A model generated the notes under the pieces. The model saw only the letters and a list, made by a program, of their open reading frames with translations. It was not told the DNA's origin and made no database searches. DNA of 64,000 nt. Origin: Candidatus Sericytochromatia bacterium (GTDB taxonomy: Bacteria; Cyanobacteriota; Sericytochromatia; S15B-MN24; JAQBPE01). The stretch covers positions 1 through 64,000 of the forward strand of contig JAYKHR010000048.1 of NCBI GenBank assembly GCA_035285125.1. Reading direction: 5' to 3'. Of the stretch, positions 1-19,336 are shown in pieces. Numbering within the stretch: the stretch's first letter is position 1; the number at the start of each line of letters is the position of its first letter. The position numbers were made by a program, and so were the translations under genes.

Positions 1-127
1 CGGCCTGACCGAGCGCAGCCAGCGTCATCGTGATGGCCGCCGTCAGGGTGGTCTTGCCGTGGTCAACGTGACCGATGGTGCCGATGTTCACGTGCGTCTT
101 GTTACGCTCGAACTTTTGCCGTGCCAT
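1..127 (-). CDS. tuf: Elongation factor Tu, N-terminal part (runs off window start)
   Basis: Manual translation from ATG at 127: [33 protein letters not shown]. Lies directly downstream of fusA. Confidence 0.97.
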   Translation of the reverse strand, partial: MARQKFERNKTHVNIGTIGHVDHGKTTLTAAITMTLAALGQA

Positions 128-238
128 ATCGTTAAACGATCCTTTCTTCTGTCTTAACCTTGTTTATATAGGAAGCCGCGGAGAAAACTTGCCTGGTCTG
201 GATCTGGCGGCAAGCTCTCCCCGCGGTGACTCGAGGCG

Positions 239-2326
239 TTAGACCTTCACGCCCTTGGTCTTGGCGATGATGCCCTCGGCGATGTTCTTGGGAACCTCGT
301 CGTAGTGGCTGGGCTCCATCGCGTAGGTGCCGCGACCCTGGGTGGCCGAGCGCAGGTCGGTGGAGTAGCCAAACATCTCGGCGAGAGGAACCATCAGGCG
401 GATGGTCTGAAGGCCCATTGCAACCTCCATACCCTCGACGACGCCTCGGCGGCGGCCCTGGAGGTCACCGATGACGTCACCAGTGTACTCTTCGGGAACC
501 ACGACCTCGACCTTCATGATGGGCTCGAGGAGGACCGGGCTGGCCTTCTGGCAGCCGTCCTTGAAAGCCATGGAGCCCGCGATCTTGAAGGCCATTTCGT
601 TCGAATCGACGTCGTGGTAAGAGCCGTCGAAGATCGTGACCTTGAGGTCGATCACGGGGAAGCCCGCCAGCACGCCACCAGTCATGGCCTCCTCGACGCC
701 CTTCTGAACGGCGGGGATGTACTCACGCGGAACGACGCCGCCGACGACCTTGTTCAGGAACTCGAAACCCTTGCCAGCCTCGTTCGGCTCGAGCTCGAGC
801 CAGACGTGACCGTACTGACCGCGACCGCCCGACTGCCGGACAAAGCGACCCTCCTGCTTGACGCCCTTGCGGATCGTCTCGCGGTAGGCCACCTGCGGCT
901 TGCCGACGTTGGCCTCGACCTTGAACTCCCGGAGCAGCCGGTCAACGATGATCTCGAGGTGAAGCTCACCCATGCCCGAGATGATGGTCTGGGCCGTCTC
1001 GGGATCGTTGTGGACGCGGAAGGTGGGGTCTTCTTCCGCGAGCTTGCCGAGGGCGATGCCCAGCTTGTCCTGGTCGGCCTTGGTCTTGGGCTCAATGGCG
1101 ACGTGGATGACCGGCTCGGGGAAATCCATCGCCTCGAGGACGATGGGAGACTTCTCGTCGCACAGCGTGTCGCCCGTGGTCGTAACCTTGAGACCGACGC
1201 CAGCAGCAATGTCGCCACAGTAGATCTCGTCGATCTCCTGACGCGAGTTGGCGTGCATCTGAAGGATGCGGCTGATGCGCTCGCGCTGCCCCTTCACGGA
1301 ATTCAGCACGTAGCTGCCGGAGGACAGGACGCCAGAGTACACGCGGAAGAACGTGAGCTTACCGACGAAGGGGTCCGTGATGATCTTGAACGCCAGCGCC
1401 GCGAAGTTCTCGTCGTCGGCGGTGCGCCGAGAGTCAGTCTCCTCGGTGCCGGGCTTGAGCCCCTTCACGTCCTCGATGTCCGTCGGAGCGGGAAGGAAGT
1501 TGATCACGGCATCGAGCATGGGCTGAACGCCCTTGTTCTTGAAGGCCGAGCCACAGGTGACGGGCACGAGGTTGATGGCCAGGCAGCCCTTCCGCAGGCC
1601 CGAGATGATCTCCTCCTCGGTGAGCTCTTGGCCCTCAAGGTACTTGTTGAGCAACTCGTCGTCCTGCTCTGCCGCGGCTTCCACCATCTTGTGGCGGTAC
1701 TCCTTGGCCTTCTCGAGCATGTCCGCCGGGATTTCCTCGTCCCGAATGTCCTTGCCGACATCATCGTAGTAGCGGATGGCCCGCATCTTGATGAGGTCGA
1801 TGACGCCAAGGAAGACCTCCTCAGCACCGATGGGGAGTTGGACGGGCACCGGGTTGGCCTTGAGCCGCTGGCGCATCTGGTCGAGCACGCGGTAGAAATC
1901 GGCACCGACGCGGTCCATCTTGTTGACGAAGACCATCCGGGGAACCTTGTAGCGGTTGGCCTGACGCCACACGGTCTCCGTCTGGGGCTGCACGCCACCG
2001 ACGGAACAGAAAACCGTCACCACGCCGTCGAGCACCCGGAGGGAGCGCTCCACCTCGATGGTGAAGTCAACGTGACCAGGGGTGTCGATGATGTTGATGC
2101 GGTGGTTGTTCCACTGGCAGGTGGTGGCAGCCGACGTGATCGTGATGCCGCGCTCCTGCTCCTGCACCATGTAGTCCATGGTGGCAGCGCCCTCGTGCAC
2201 CTCGCCGATCTTGTGAACCTTGCCGGTGTAGTAAAGGATGCGCTCGGTGGTGGTCGTCTTGCCGGCGTCGATATGGGCCGCAATACCGATGTTCCGCGTC
2301 CGCTCGAGCGGGAATTGCCTGGGCAT
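239..2326 (-). CDS. fusA: Elongation factor G
   Basis: [34 protein letters not shown] and DTPGHVDF motifs; 695 aa; str operon position. Confidence 0.99.
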   Translation of the reverse strand: MPRQFPLERTRNIGIAAHIDAGKTTTTERILYYTGKVHKIGEVHEGAATMDYMVQEQERGITITSAATTCQWNNHRINIIDTPGHVDFTIEVERSLRVLDGVVTVFCSVGGVQPQTETVWRQANRYKVPRMVFVNKMDRVGADFYRVLDQMRQRLKANPVPVQLPIGAEEVFLGVIDLIKMRAIRYYDDVGKDIRDEEIPADMLEKAKEYRHKMVEAAAEQDDELLNKYLEGQELTEEEIISGLRKGCLAINLVPVTCGSAFKNKGVQPMLDAVINFLPAPTDIEDVKGLKPGTEETDSRRTADDENFAALAFKIITDPFVGKLTFFRVYSGVLSSGSYVLNSVKGQRERISRILQMHANSRQEIDEIYCGDIAAGVGLKVTTTGDTLCDEKSPIVLEAMDFPEPVIHVAIEPKTKADQDKLGIALGKLAEEDPTFRVHNDPETAQTIISGMGELHLEIIVDRLLREFKVEANVGKPQVAYRETIRKGVKQEGRFVRQSGGRGQYGHVWLELEPNEAGKGFEFLNKVVGGVVPREYIPAVQKGVEEAMTGGVLAGFPVIDLKVTIFDGSYHDVDSNEMAFKIAGSMAFKDGCQKASPVLLEPIMKVEVVVPEEYTGDVIGDLQGRRRGVVEGMEVAMGLQTIRLMVPLAEMFGYSTDLRSATQGRGTYAMEPSHYDEVPKNIAEGIIAKTKGVKV

Positions 2327-2389
2327 CGTCTTTCCTTACAGTCTACCTCCGCTCCGTGAGGAGCGGGACGGGGTGAACGCCGTTGAGGA

Positions 2390-2860
2390 CTACCAGCGGT
2401 AGTGGGCGAAGGCCTTGTTGGCCTCGGCCATCTTGTGGGTGTCTTCCTTCTTCTTGACGGAAGCGCCAACGCCTGAGGCGGCGTCGCTGAACTCGCCGGA
2501 AAGCTTGTCGATCATCGACTTGCCGGAGCGCTTCCGCGCATTGGCAATCAGCCAGCGGATGGCGAGGGCAGTGCCACGATCGGCCTTGACCTCGACGGGC
2601 ACCTGGTAGGTGGCGCCACCGACACGGCGGGGCTTGACCTCGATCAGGGGGCGAACGTTCTGCAGGGCCTTCTGGAACGTCTCCAGGGGCTCCTTGCCAA
2701 CGCGCGCGGCGGAACCCTCGAGCGCCGTGTAGAAGATGCGCTCAGCAAGGCTCTTCTTGCCTTGGATCATCATCGTGTTGATGAACCGGGTCACGAGAAT
2801 GTTCTGGAAGACGGGATCGGGAATCGGGGGGCGCTTGGCGATGCGGCCACGACGGGACAT
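2390..2860 (-). CDS. rpsG: 30S ribosomal protein S7
   Basis: [11 protein letters not shown] and [15 protein letters not shown]. Confidence 0.99.
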   Translation of the reverse strand: MSRRGRIAKRPPIPDPVFQNILVTRFINTMMIQGKKSLAERIFYTALEGSAARVGKEPLETFQKALQNVRPLIEVKPRRVGGATYQVPVEVKADRGTALAIRWLIANARKRSGKSMIDKLSGEFSDAASGVGASVKKKEDTHKMAEANKAFAHYRW

Positions 2861-2892
2861 GGACGTGTTTCTCCTTACAACTTACCGGCGAA

Positions 2893-3300
2893 CTACTTCT
2901 TCTTGCCGGCGGCCGCAGCGGCCTGGCCAGGCTTGGGGCGCTTGGCGCCGTACTTGGAGCGGGACTGCATGCGGCCCTTCACGCCAGCGGCGTCAAGGGT
3001 GCCGCGCACGATGTGGTACCGGACGCCAGGCAGGTCCTTGACACGACCGCCGCGGATCAGGACCACCGAGTGCTCCTGCAGGTTGTGGCCCACGCCGGGA
3101 ATGTAACTCGTCACCTCGATGTGGTTCGTCAGCTTGACACGGGCGACCTTCCGGAGCGCCGAGTTGGGCTTCTTGGGGGTGGTGGTGTAGACGCGCGTGC
3201 AAACACCCCGGCGCTGCGGGCAGGCCTTGAGGGCGGGCGACTTCGTCTTGACGATCACCTTGGTCCGCTCCTTACGAACCAGCTGGCTGATGGTGGGCAA
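2893..3300 (-). CDS. rpsL: 30S ribosomal protein S12 (TTG start)
   Basis: [19 protein letters not shown] and [11 protein letters not shown]. Confidence 0.99.
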   Translation of the reverse strand: MPTISQLVRKERTKVIVKTKSPALKACPQRRGVCTRVYTTTPKKPNSALRKVARVKLTNHIEVTSYIPGVGHNLQEHSVVLIRGGRVKDLPGVRYHIVRGTLDAAGVKGRMQSRSKYGAKRPKPGQAAAAAGKKK

Positions 3301-3500
3301 CGGAATTCCTCCTACGGGACGCGTACGACTCGGCTAACGGTCCTACAGTGGCTGCACGGCGGGTCGTGGGCCGCGAGCCAGGGCGAGACGGGGAACGACG
3401 GCTGAACCGTCGGGTTTCCCGTCGCCGGCAGACGTGGCGCGGGAACTGATGGGCCTGGTTCGATCGAGCATAGCGCCTAATCGAGCCATAAGGGCTTTTT

Positions 3501-3530
3501 AATATACCTGGATGCCTGAAGGTGTGTCAA
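3501..3530 (-). promoter_or_regulatory. sigma70-type promoter for the str operon
   Basis: Minus strand reads TTGACA-N18-TATATT, about 200 nt upstream of rpsL. Confidence 0.7.
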
Positions 3531-3693
3531 ATTGCGGTCTTTCAGCGCGATCAAGTCATCGAGTGGCACGAACGCGAGAAAAGCGGCTCGTGACGCGGGT
3601 CCGCGGAGCCTTGGCTGCGAAACCCTCCACGGACCCGGGCGTATGTCGATCGGAAAAACTGTGCGAACCCAAGGTTAATTTTTCAATAAATTC

Positions 3694-4800
3694 TCAATGC
3701 ACGCTGGCGTCAAACGTCGCCCCCTCCGTGTCGATGGCCTCGACCAAAAGCTTCCCGCCCCGCACCGTGACGCCCAGGAAGTGGTGCACGCTCGCCTGGA
3801 AGGCGGTGTGCTGAGCGGCATTGGCCCGCCGAAGCCAGGCGCCGCCCCCACCCGTCACGAAGTAGGTGGTGGGCCGTCCATCGCGGACGAAGTCCTCCCG
3901 GGGCGTGGACCGCTCGTAGTGGTGGTCATGCCCGTTGAAGACCACGCGTACGTCGTGCCGCTCGAACAGGGGTCCCCAAGCCGCCCGCACGTAGGGACTG
4001 GAGCCGTGGGCGCCCCCGCTGTAGGGGGGATGGTGGAAAAAGGCCACCTTCCAACGCGCCTTGCTGGCGACCAACGCACGCGAAAGCCAAGCGTGTTGTT
4101 CACTCCCCTCGGCAAAGGGGACGTTCGTGTCGAGGGCGAAAAACTGCCCCCCCCCTGCCGTGAACGTGTACCAACGCTCGGAGTCGGACGGCCGCGCCCG
4201 GGGCGGCTCGAAAAACGCCAAGTAGGGGGCTGCGCGTTCGGTGCGGTGGTCGTGGTTGCCGATGCTGGGGTACACCACACACCTGCCGACGAGATCCGCA
4301 TAAGGCGCCATGTAGCGCGGGCCATACCCACTCAGCTCGCCGTGTTCGTACATCACGTCGCCGGTGTGCAGGATGAAGTCTGGTCTCCAGCGGACCATCG
4401 CCCGGGCGACGTCGAACTGCATCGGAGCCCCGCTGCCCGTGTCCCCCACCACCGCGAAGCGCAGCGGGGCGTCAGGATCCACCGGCAGGGTGCGGAACGT
4501 GCCGCTCGCCACCACCTGACGGCCACTCCGGCAGGTGTACCTGTAGGCCTGCCCTGGCATCAGGCCATCGAGCCAGTGGACGGGGCCGGCACCAGCGGCG
4601 CGCGACACGCGTGCGCGGAGCCCCGGCACTTCCGGCCAGGCCTCCACCTGCAGATCCCCGGCTGGAGGCTGAAGCCACACCACCCCCATCCGCGTGGCAG
4701 TGCCACCCTGAAGGTGCGGGGAACCGAAGGTGGCAGGGCCAGCCAGGGCCGGCGCCGCAAGGCCAAGGATGACCAGTGGCAGTGGTAGCACGTCACGCAT
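3694..4800 (-). CDS. Secreted calcineurin-like metallophosphoesterase (purple acid phosphatase-like)
   Basis: Signal peptide (APALA), then motifs GDTG, GDVMY, GNHD, FFHHP and GHDHHYER. Confidence 0.9.
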   Translation of the reverse strand: MRDVLPLPLVILGLAAPALAGPATFGSPHLQGGTATRMGVVWLQPPAGDLQVEAWPEVPGLRARVSRAAGAGPVHWLDGLMPGQAYRYTCRSGRQVVASGTFRTLPVDPDAPLRFAVVGDTGSGAPMQFDVARAMVRWRPDFILHTGDVMYEHGELSGYGPRYMAPYADLVGRCVVYPSIGNHDHRTERAAPYLAFFEPPRARPSDSERWYTFTAGGGQFFALDTNVPFAEGSEQHAWLSRALVASKARWKVAFFHHPPYSGGAHGSSPYVRAAWGPLFERHDVRVVFNGHDHHYERSTPREDFVRDGRPTTYFVTGGGGAWLRRANAAQHTAFQASVHHFLGVTVRGGKLLVEAIDTEGATFDASVH

Positions 4801-4945
4801 GGGGCCATGCTACCACCCGGGGTGCCTTATCGCGCGTTGTGTGACCCCGATCCCCGACACGCCATCACCCACGTGACACGATCACACGGGCCACGCCGCG
4901 CCGGACGGATAAATTATGTTATCCGGAAGCAGGGCTCATCACCAA

Positions 4946-4987
4946 CACGCAGATGGCCGGTTCCTCAGGGAACCGGCCATCTGCGTG
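4946..4987 (-). terminator. Long perfect hairpin downstream of rpoC (terminator or processing stem)
   Basis: cacgcagatggccggttcc-tcag-ggaaccggccatctgcgtg gives a 19-bp stem. A second GC hairpin lies at about 5002-5030. The U-tract is weak. Confidence 0.6.
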
Positions 4988-5038
4988 AACAAGCCAGAGA
5001 GGCTCCGGCCCCCTGGATGGGGGCCGGAGCGCCAGACC

Positions 5039-10660
<5,622 letters not shown>

Positions 10661-10665
10661 AGGAT

Positions 10666-13965
<3,300 letters not shown>

Positions 13966-14137
13966 TCACACCACCCTTGAGATCTTGTGCGTGTCGGACG
14001 ACCGTGCGCCCATCTGCGCGGTCCGCGACGGCGGACTCGTGGACTGACCGGGTTATCAGGGCCGGAAGCCGGGGGGCGCTCCCCGTCTCGTGCCTGGCGG
14101 TCAATTAAATTCCTGTTAAAATTTGCGCAGAACAACC

Positions 14138-14166
14138 ATATTACGCGTGGCCAAAGGGGACGTCAA
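14138..14166 (-). promoter_or_regulatory. sigma70-type promoter for rpoBC
   Basis: Minus strand reads TTGACG-N17-TAATAT. Confidence 0.7.
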
Positions 14167-14240
14167 GCCGGGCGCCCGCGCCGCGGGCCCTCCTCGAGAG
14201 CGCCCCGCCCTCCCCCGCGTGCCCGTCTGCGACGAGACAG

Positions 14241-15377
14241 ATGCAAACCGAAGAGGACCCTCGCTTCCTCAGCGAACAGCTCATCACCTGCCTCGGGAAC
14301 AAGCGCACGCTGCTGCCCCTGCTGGAGGCTGCCGTGCGCCACGTCGCGGCGGACGTCGGGCGCGACCGCCTGGTCACGTTCGATGCGTTCAGCGGCAGCG
14401 GCGTCGTGTCTCGCCTGCTCAAGCGCCACAGCGTGGAGCTCCACGCGAACGACATGGAGCGATACGCCGAGGTCGCCAGCCGCTGTCACCTGGCGAACGC
14501 GGCCGAGGTCGACGGTGAGGCCCTCGCCGCCTGGCACACGGCCCTGACAGCCAGGCTCCGAGACGACGCGCTACGCCCCGGGGCCATCGCAGCCAACTAC
14601 AGCCCACGAGACGAGTACGCGATCCGGAGCGGGGAGCGCGTGTTCTACACCCCGCGGAACGCGGCCTACCTCGACAGCGCGCGCGCCATGCTCGAGGAGG
14701 TGCCGCCCGCGTTGCGTGTCCTGCTGCTTGGCCCGCTGCTGGCCGCTGCCAGTGTCCACGCCAACACGGCAGGCGTCTTCAAGGGCTTCTACAAAGACCG
14801 CGAGACCGGCCTCGGCAGGTTTGGCGGCCGCAACGAGGACGCCCTTGGGCGAATCAAAGGCGCCATCCACCTGGCGCTGCCCGTCCTCAGCCGGTTCAGC
14901 GCCCGGGTGCACGTTCACCGCGGCGACGCGAACGAGGTCGCGAGGACCCTCGGACCGCTCGACCTCGCTTACCTGGACCCCCCGTACAACCAGCACCCCT
15001 ACGGCTCCAACTACTTTATGCTCAACCTGATCGCCGACGGGCAGCCCCCGACAGCACCGAGCCGGGTGTCCGGCATCCCGGCAGCCTGGAACCGCTCGGC
15101 TTACAACGTCCGAAGGCGTTGTGCCGAGCGCCTTGCCGACCTGGTCGGGGCGCTGGACGCCCGCTGGGTCGTGGTGTCCTACAGCTCCGAGGGCTTCATC
15201 CTGCCCGAGGAGATGGTGGCGCTGCTCGGCAGGTTCGGCCAGGTCCTTGTCCACGAGACGCGGTACAACACCTTCCGGGGGTGTCGAAACCTCTCCGCGA
15301 GGGACCGCCATGTCAAGGAATTCGTGTTCCTCGTGCGGAAGCGCTCGCGCGGCGCCGTCACGGCTGCCGACGCTTGA
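14241..15377 (+). CDS. N6-adenine DNA methyltransferase (D12/Dam-like class), no cognate nuclease adjacent
   Basis: LGNKR N-terminus, motif I FDAFSGSG and motif IV LDPPY. Confidence 0.88.
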   Translation: MQTEEDPRFLSEQLITCLGNKRTLLPLLEAAVRHVAADVGRDRLVTFDAFSGSGVVSRLLKRHSVELHANDMERYAEVASRCHLANAAEVDGEALAAWHTALTARLRDDALRPGAIAANYSPRDEYAIRSGERVFYTPRNAAYLDSARAMLEEVPPALRVLLLGPLLAAASVHANTAGVFKGFYKDRETGLGRFGGRNEDALGRIKGAIHLALPVLSRFSARVHVHRGDANEVARTLGPLDLAYLDPPYNQHPYGSNYFMLNLIADGQPPTAPSRVSGIPAAWNRSAYNVRRRCAERLADLVGALDARWVVVSYSSEGFILPEEMVALLGRFGQVLVHETRYNTFRGCRNLSARDRHVKEFVFLVRKRSRGAVTAADA

Positions 15378-15491
15378 CGGGACGGCCCGTTCAGATTCTA
15401 CTGAAGGTGAGTGGGCAGCGCCGTCCAGCCGTGGGGCCGACGCGCAGGACCCGACTCCGCTGGCGGACCTCCCCGCAGGGCCACCCACACC

Positions 15492-16937
15492 GTGTTCGAC
15501 TCCCTCTCCGAGAAGATCCAAGGCGTCTTCGCCCGCCTCGTCCGAGGCCAGGGCAAACTCACCGAGGACAACATCTCTGAGGCCCTCCGCGAAGTGCGGC
15601 GGGCCCTGCTTGAGGCGGACGTCAACCTGGGCGTGGTCAAGGCGTTCGTCGCCCGAGTTCGGGAGCAAGCCCTCGGAGAGGCCGTGCTCTCGGGCCTGAA
15701 CCCTGGGCAGACCTTCATCAAGATCGTCCATGACGAGCTGTGCGCCGTGATGGGCGGCGAGCGCGCCCCGCTGGCAAAAAACCCCGCCGGCATCACCGTG
15801 GTGCTGATGGCTGGCCTGCAGGGGCAAGGCAAGACCACCACCGCCGCCAAGCTGGCCCTGATGCTCCGCAAGCAGGGCCAGCGGCCGCTGCTCGCGGCCG
15901 CCGACATCTACCGCCCTGCCGCCATCACGCAGCTGCAGACCCTCGGCAAGCAAATCGACGTGCCCGTTCATGCGCCCGGCGCCATCGACCCCGTAGAGAT
16001 CGGGCTGCAGGCGCTCAAACGGGCCCAAGACGAGTCTCACAACTACCTGATCGTGGACACGGCGGGGCGGTTGCACGTCGACGCCTCGATGATGGACGAG
16101 ATTGCGCGCCTCAAGGAGGTGCTCGGTCCTCACGAAATTCTGCTCGTCGCCGACGCCATGATCGGCCAGGACGCCGTGGAGATGGCGCGCGCCTTCCACG
16201 AACTGCTCGGCCTCACGGGCGTGGTCCTGACCAAGCTCGACGGCGACACGCGCGGCGGCGCGGCTCTCTCGATCCGGCAGGTGACGGGCTGCCCCGTCAA
16301 GTTCGTCGGCACCAGCGAGAAGCTCGACGGGCTTGAGCCCTTCCACCCCGACCGCATCGCGACCCGCATCCTGGGCATGGGGGACGTGCTCACGCTGATC
16401 GAGCGCGCCCAGCAGGCCATCACCGAAGAGGAAGCGCGGGCCCTCGAGGCGAAGATGCGCAAGGCCGAGTTCACGCTCGAGGACTTCGCCTCACAGCTCC
16501 AGCAGATGAAGAAGATCGGCTCGATGGGCCAGATCCTCGAGATGCTGCCCATCCCGGGCCTGAAGCAGGCCATCAGCGGCGACCAGCTCGCCCAGGGCGA
16601 GGGGCAGCTCAAGAAGTTCGAGGTGATCATTGCCTCGATGACGCCGCACGAGCGTCGCAACCCGAAGGTCCTCGACCTGTCCCGCAAGCTCCGCATCGCC
16701 AAGGGCTCCGGCACCAAGGTCGAGGAAGTCAACAAGCTGCTGAAAGACTTTGAAAACATGAACAAGGTCATGAAGCAGTTCGCCGGATTCCAGAAGAACA
16801 TGCCGAAGCACCTTCAGAAGGCGATGAAGAAGGGGCAGATGCCCGGCTTCCCGGGCGGCGGGCTCCCCGGCATGCCTCCCGGCGGCGCCCCGTTCGAGAT
16901 GCCCAAGCGTGGCGGCTTTCCATTCAATTTCAAATAG
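15492..16937 (+). CDS. ffh: Signal recognition particle protein
   Basis: Start reassigned to GTG 15492 (MFDSLSEK). GLQGQGKTT, DTAGR, TKLDG and a Met-rich M domain. Confidence 0.97.
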   Translation: MFDSLSEKIQGVFARLVRGQGKLTEDNISEALREVRRALLEADVNLGVVKAFVARVREQALGEAVLSGLNPGQTFIKIVHDELCAVMGGERAPLAKNPAGITVVLMAGLQGQGKTTTAAKLALMLRKQGQRPLLAAADIYRPAAITQLQTLGKQIDVPVHAPGAIDPVEIGLQALKRAQDESHNYLIVDTAGRLHVDASMMDEIARLKEVLGPHEILLVADAMIGQDAVEMARAFHELLGLTGVVLTKLDGDTRGGAALSIRQVTGCPVKFVGTSEKLDGLEPFHPDRIATRILGMGDVLTLIERAQQAITEEEARALEAKMRKAEFTLEDFASQLQQMKKIGSMGQILEMLPIPGLKQAISGDQLAQGEGQLKKFEVIIASMTPHERRNPKVLDLSRKLRIAKGSGTKVEEVNKLLKDFENMNKVMKQFAGFQKNMPKHLQKAMKKGQMPGFPGGGLPGMPPGGAPFEMPKRGGFPFNFK

Positions 16938-17003
16938 GGGCCTCACTCCCCCCTACGTCCTCTGCCAGCCCCCCAACCACACGTACAACAGGAGACCAAC
17001 CCC

Positions 17004-17261
17004 ATGGTGAAGATCCGACTCAAGCGGATCGGTGCGACCAAGCGCCCCAAGTACCGCGTCGTCGTTCAGGACAGCCGCACCCGTCGTGACGGCGCCGTGA
17101 TCGAGGAGATCGGCTACTACGATCCCCAGGCCAACCCGATCGAGCTCCGCATCGACGCCGAGAAGGCGAAGAAGTGGCTCGCCAACGGCGCTCAGCCGAC
17201 GGAGACCACCCTCTCCCTGCTGCGCAAGGCAGAGGTGCTGCCCGCGGCAGCGGCGAAGTAA
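17004..17261 (+). CDS. rpsP: 30S ribosomal protein S16
   Basis: [10 protein letters not shown]...[14 protein letters not shown]...GAQPT. Confidence 0.98.
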   Translation: MVKIRLKRIGATKRPKYRVVVQDSRTRRDGAVIEEIGYYDPQANPIELRIDAEKAKKWLANGAQPTETTLSLLRKAEVLPAAAAK

Positions 17262-17274
17262 CGGCGCTGGGCGC

Positions 17275-17538
17275 ATGGACCCCATCACCACCGTCGCAGA
17301 GGTCTTGCTGAAGGCGATCGCCTCTCAGCCGGACGCCGTGGCGATTGAAACCCACGAGGACGGCACCCGCACCGTCCTTACCGTGACGGTCGACGATGCT
17401 GACGTGCCTCGTATGATCGGGCGGAAGGGCCGCACCATCAACGCGGTGCGGACGATCGTCAAGGCGGCGGGCCTCAAGGCCCAGCGGCAGGTCAGCCTCG
17501 ACCTGAACGCGCCAGACCTCCAAGACCGCGAGCGCTGA
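17275..17538 (+). CDS. khpA: KH-domain RNA-binding protein (KhpA/YlqC family)
   Basis: MIGRKGRTINAVR GxxG loop; conserved position after rpsP. Confidence 0.88.
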   Translation: MDPITTVAEVLLKAIASQPDAVAIETHEDGTRTVLTVTVDDADVPRMIGRKGRTINAVRTIVKAAGLKAQRQVSLDLNAPDLQDRER

Positions 17539-17548
17539 AGCTCACCCC

Positions 17549-17582
17549 AAAAAACGCCGGCTCGAAGGAGCCGGCGTTTTTT
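17549..17582. terminator. Bidirectional intrinsic terminator
   Basis: aaaaaa-cgccggctc-gaag-gagccggcg-tttttt between convergent genes. Confidence 0.9.
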
Positions 17583-17587
17583 CTTGC

Positions 17588-18133
17588 TCAGCCGGCGGCG
17601 TCGAGGCGGCGCCGCGCGATGCCGCGTTCGAGGAGGGGGCCAAGCCGGCCCGCCAGAGCAAGCATTGCCGCCTGCATCAGCCCACTGGCGACGGCCTCGA
17701 ACGCCGCCACGGGCACGACGGGCGCGAGCCACGCCGGAAGGCCGAACGAAGCCCGCATCACGGCCCGGCAGACAACCACACAGCCTGGCCCCTCCGGCAC
17801 GAAATGGGCCTCCCCCTCGAAGCCAGCGTCGAAATCGGCAGGGCGGTGCGCGCTGCCCTCCAGCAGCCTGGCCGCGAGGGAGCGCATCACCACCCGGTCG
17901 GGCGGATGGTCGACAAAGGCGACATCGAAGCTCGGCCGCAGCGACACGCCCAGCGCCGCGTGGGGGCTCAACGCCACCCGATAGGCGCCGTCCGGCAGGC
18001 GCTCGACGCGGTCCTCCCCCAGAAACTCCCGGAGCAGGGCGTCGTTACCGGCGAAGAACGCAAAGGCCTCCTCGGCGGGGCAGGCCAGTCGGACGTCGTG
18101 CGAGACCCTCGCCCGCAGGGTCACCGGGGTCAT
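17588..18133 (-). CDS. SRPBCC/START-like protein (DUF1997-like)
   Basis: ATG at 18133 overlaps the upstream stop codon. Pattern RVERLPDGAYRV...LGVSLRPSFDV and a long C-terminal helix. Confidence 0.6.
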   Translation of the reverse strand: MTPVTLRARVSHDVRLACPAEEAFAFFAGNDALLREFLGEDRVERLPDGAYRVALSPHAALGVSLRPSFDVAFVDHPPDRVVMRSLAARLLEGSAHRPADFDAGFEGEAHFVPEGPGCVVVCRAVMRASFGLPAWLAPVVPVAAFEAVASGLMQAAMLALAGRLGPLLERGIARRRLDAAG

Positions 18134-18399
18134 GGCCTGGTCCCCGATCGCGGGGTGGCGCTGGCCGAGGCGATGGGCGCGGGGCGCACGCTGCGAAAGC
18201 GGCGCGCCCCGGCGGGCAGCTCGATGCGGTCGGCCCGTGGCGCCGGCACCGAGAGCCCAGGGCCGACCTGGATAGGCACCACTTCCACCGAGATGGCCCG
18301 GATGCGCAGCGGAGACGGCGACGGCGAGGGCGCGGCCTGAGCCTGGCCGGCGAGCAGCCCCAGGGCGAGCCCTGCCAAGGCTAGGCGACGCCACGCCAC
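18130..18399 (-). CDS. Small secreted protein of unknown function
   Basis: Signal peptide MAWRRLALAGLALGLLAGQAQA; tightly packed against both neighbours. Confidence 0.6.
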   Translation of the reverse strand: MAWRRLALAGLALGLLAGQAQAAPSPSPSPLRIRAISVEVVPIQVGPGLSVPAPRADRIELPAGARRFRSVRPAPIASASATPRSGTRP

Positions 18400-18401
18400 G
18401 C

Positions 18402-19334
18402 CTAGCCCTCCACCGGCAGCAGCACGGTGGTGCGTCGCTTCAGGGGTCCCTTGCGTACGTAGGCCTCGATGGCGTAGCGCCCCGGCCGCACGCCCCTCAC
18501 GACAATGGGCACCACCGTGCGCCCTTTCTCGAGGCTGCCCCGCCAGCTCACGGACTGCGCGAGCATCGGCTGGGAGCTCTCGTCGATGAACTGCAGCCCC
18601 TCCGGCAGGTCGACCTGGAAGACCACGCCGTCCACGCGCTCGTCGAGATCGAAGGCGATGTTCACGGCCACGTCCTGCCGGACAGAGACGGCCGCCGTCT
18701 CGATGGTGGGCACGCCGACGCCGGGCAGCCAGGTCCAGACGAGCAGCGCAGCGCAGGCCACCGCCGCCCCACCGACGGCCGACGCCAGGTGGCTCCAGGC
18801 CCAGCGGCGCCCCGCGGCCACCACGGGCACTCGCACGGCCAGAGGCGTCGGGGCTGCGCCAGGCCGGTCGGCCTCGGCCAGCGCCCGGGCCACGCGCGAG
18901 ACGAGAGAGGCGGGCGGGGCAGGGCGTGGGCAGGCCCGGAGCAGCGCGACGGTTGCCGCGAGTTCGGCCGAGAGGTTACGGCAAGCGGGGCAGGCGGCCA
19001 GGTGGGCCGTGACGGCCCCCGCCTCCCAGGCCTCCAGTCCGCCCTCCAGGTGCCCCGTGAGGTAGTCCTCGGCCTCGTCGCATCCGATCGGCTCCGCGTC
19101 GTCCCCAGGCTCGCGCGCCAGGGCCGCCGCCACGCGGGCCCCCAGGTCGGTGGGCATGGCGACGGGCGCCAGGCGGCCGAGGAGCCCCACGAGCTCCCGC
19201 ATCCCACCGGCCTCCGCGCGGCACCCCTCGCAGGCGGCCAGGTGGGCCTCCAACGCGGCCCCGGTCGCTGGCGGCAGGCGCCCGTCGACGTGGTCACTGA
19301 GGGCCTCTCGCACCTCGCCACAAGACTCGAACAT
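18402..19334 (-). CDS. Zinc-binding anti-sigma factor with two zf-HC2 domains, one TM helix and a beta-rich extracytoplasmic domain
   Basis: HLAACEGC and HLAACPAC motifs; TM segment AVGGAAVACAALLVWTWL; directly follows an ECF sigma gene. Confidence 0.88.
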   Translation of the reverse strand: MFESCGEVREALSDHVDGRLPPATGAALEAHLAACEGCRAEAGGMRELVGLLGRLAPVAMPTDLGARVAAALAREPGDDAEPIGCDEAEDYLTGHLEGGLEAWEAGAVTAHLAACPACRNLSAELAATVALLRACPRPAPPASLVSRVARALAEADRPGAAPTPLAVRVPVVAAGRRWAWSHLASAVGGAAVACAALLVWTWLPGVGVPTIETAAVSVRQDVAVNIAFDLDERVDGVVFQVDLPEGLQFIDESSQPMLAQSVSWRGSLEKGRTVVPIVVRGVRPGRYAIEAYVRKGPLKRRTTVLLPVEG

Positions 19335-19336
19335 GG

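Noticed and set aside
15378..15491. Possible SRP RNA next to ffh
   Set aside because: No CAGG-GGAA-AGCAG domain IV motif is present.
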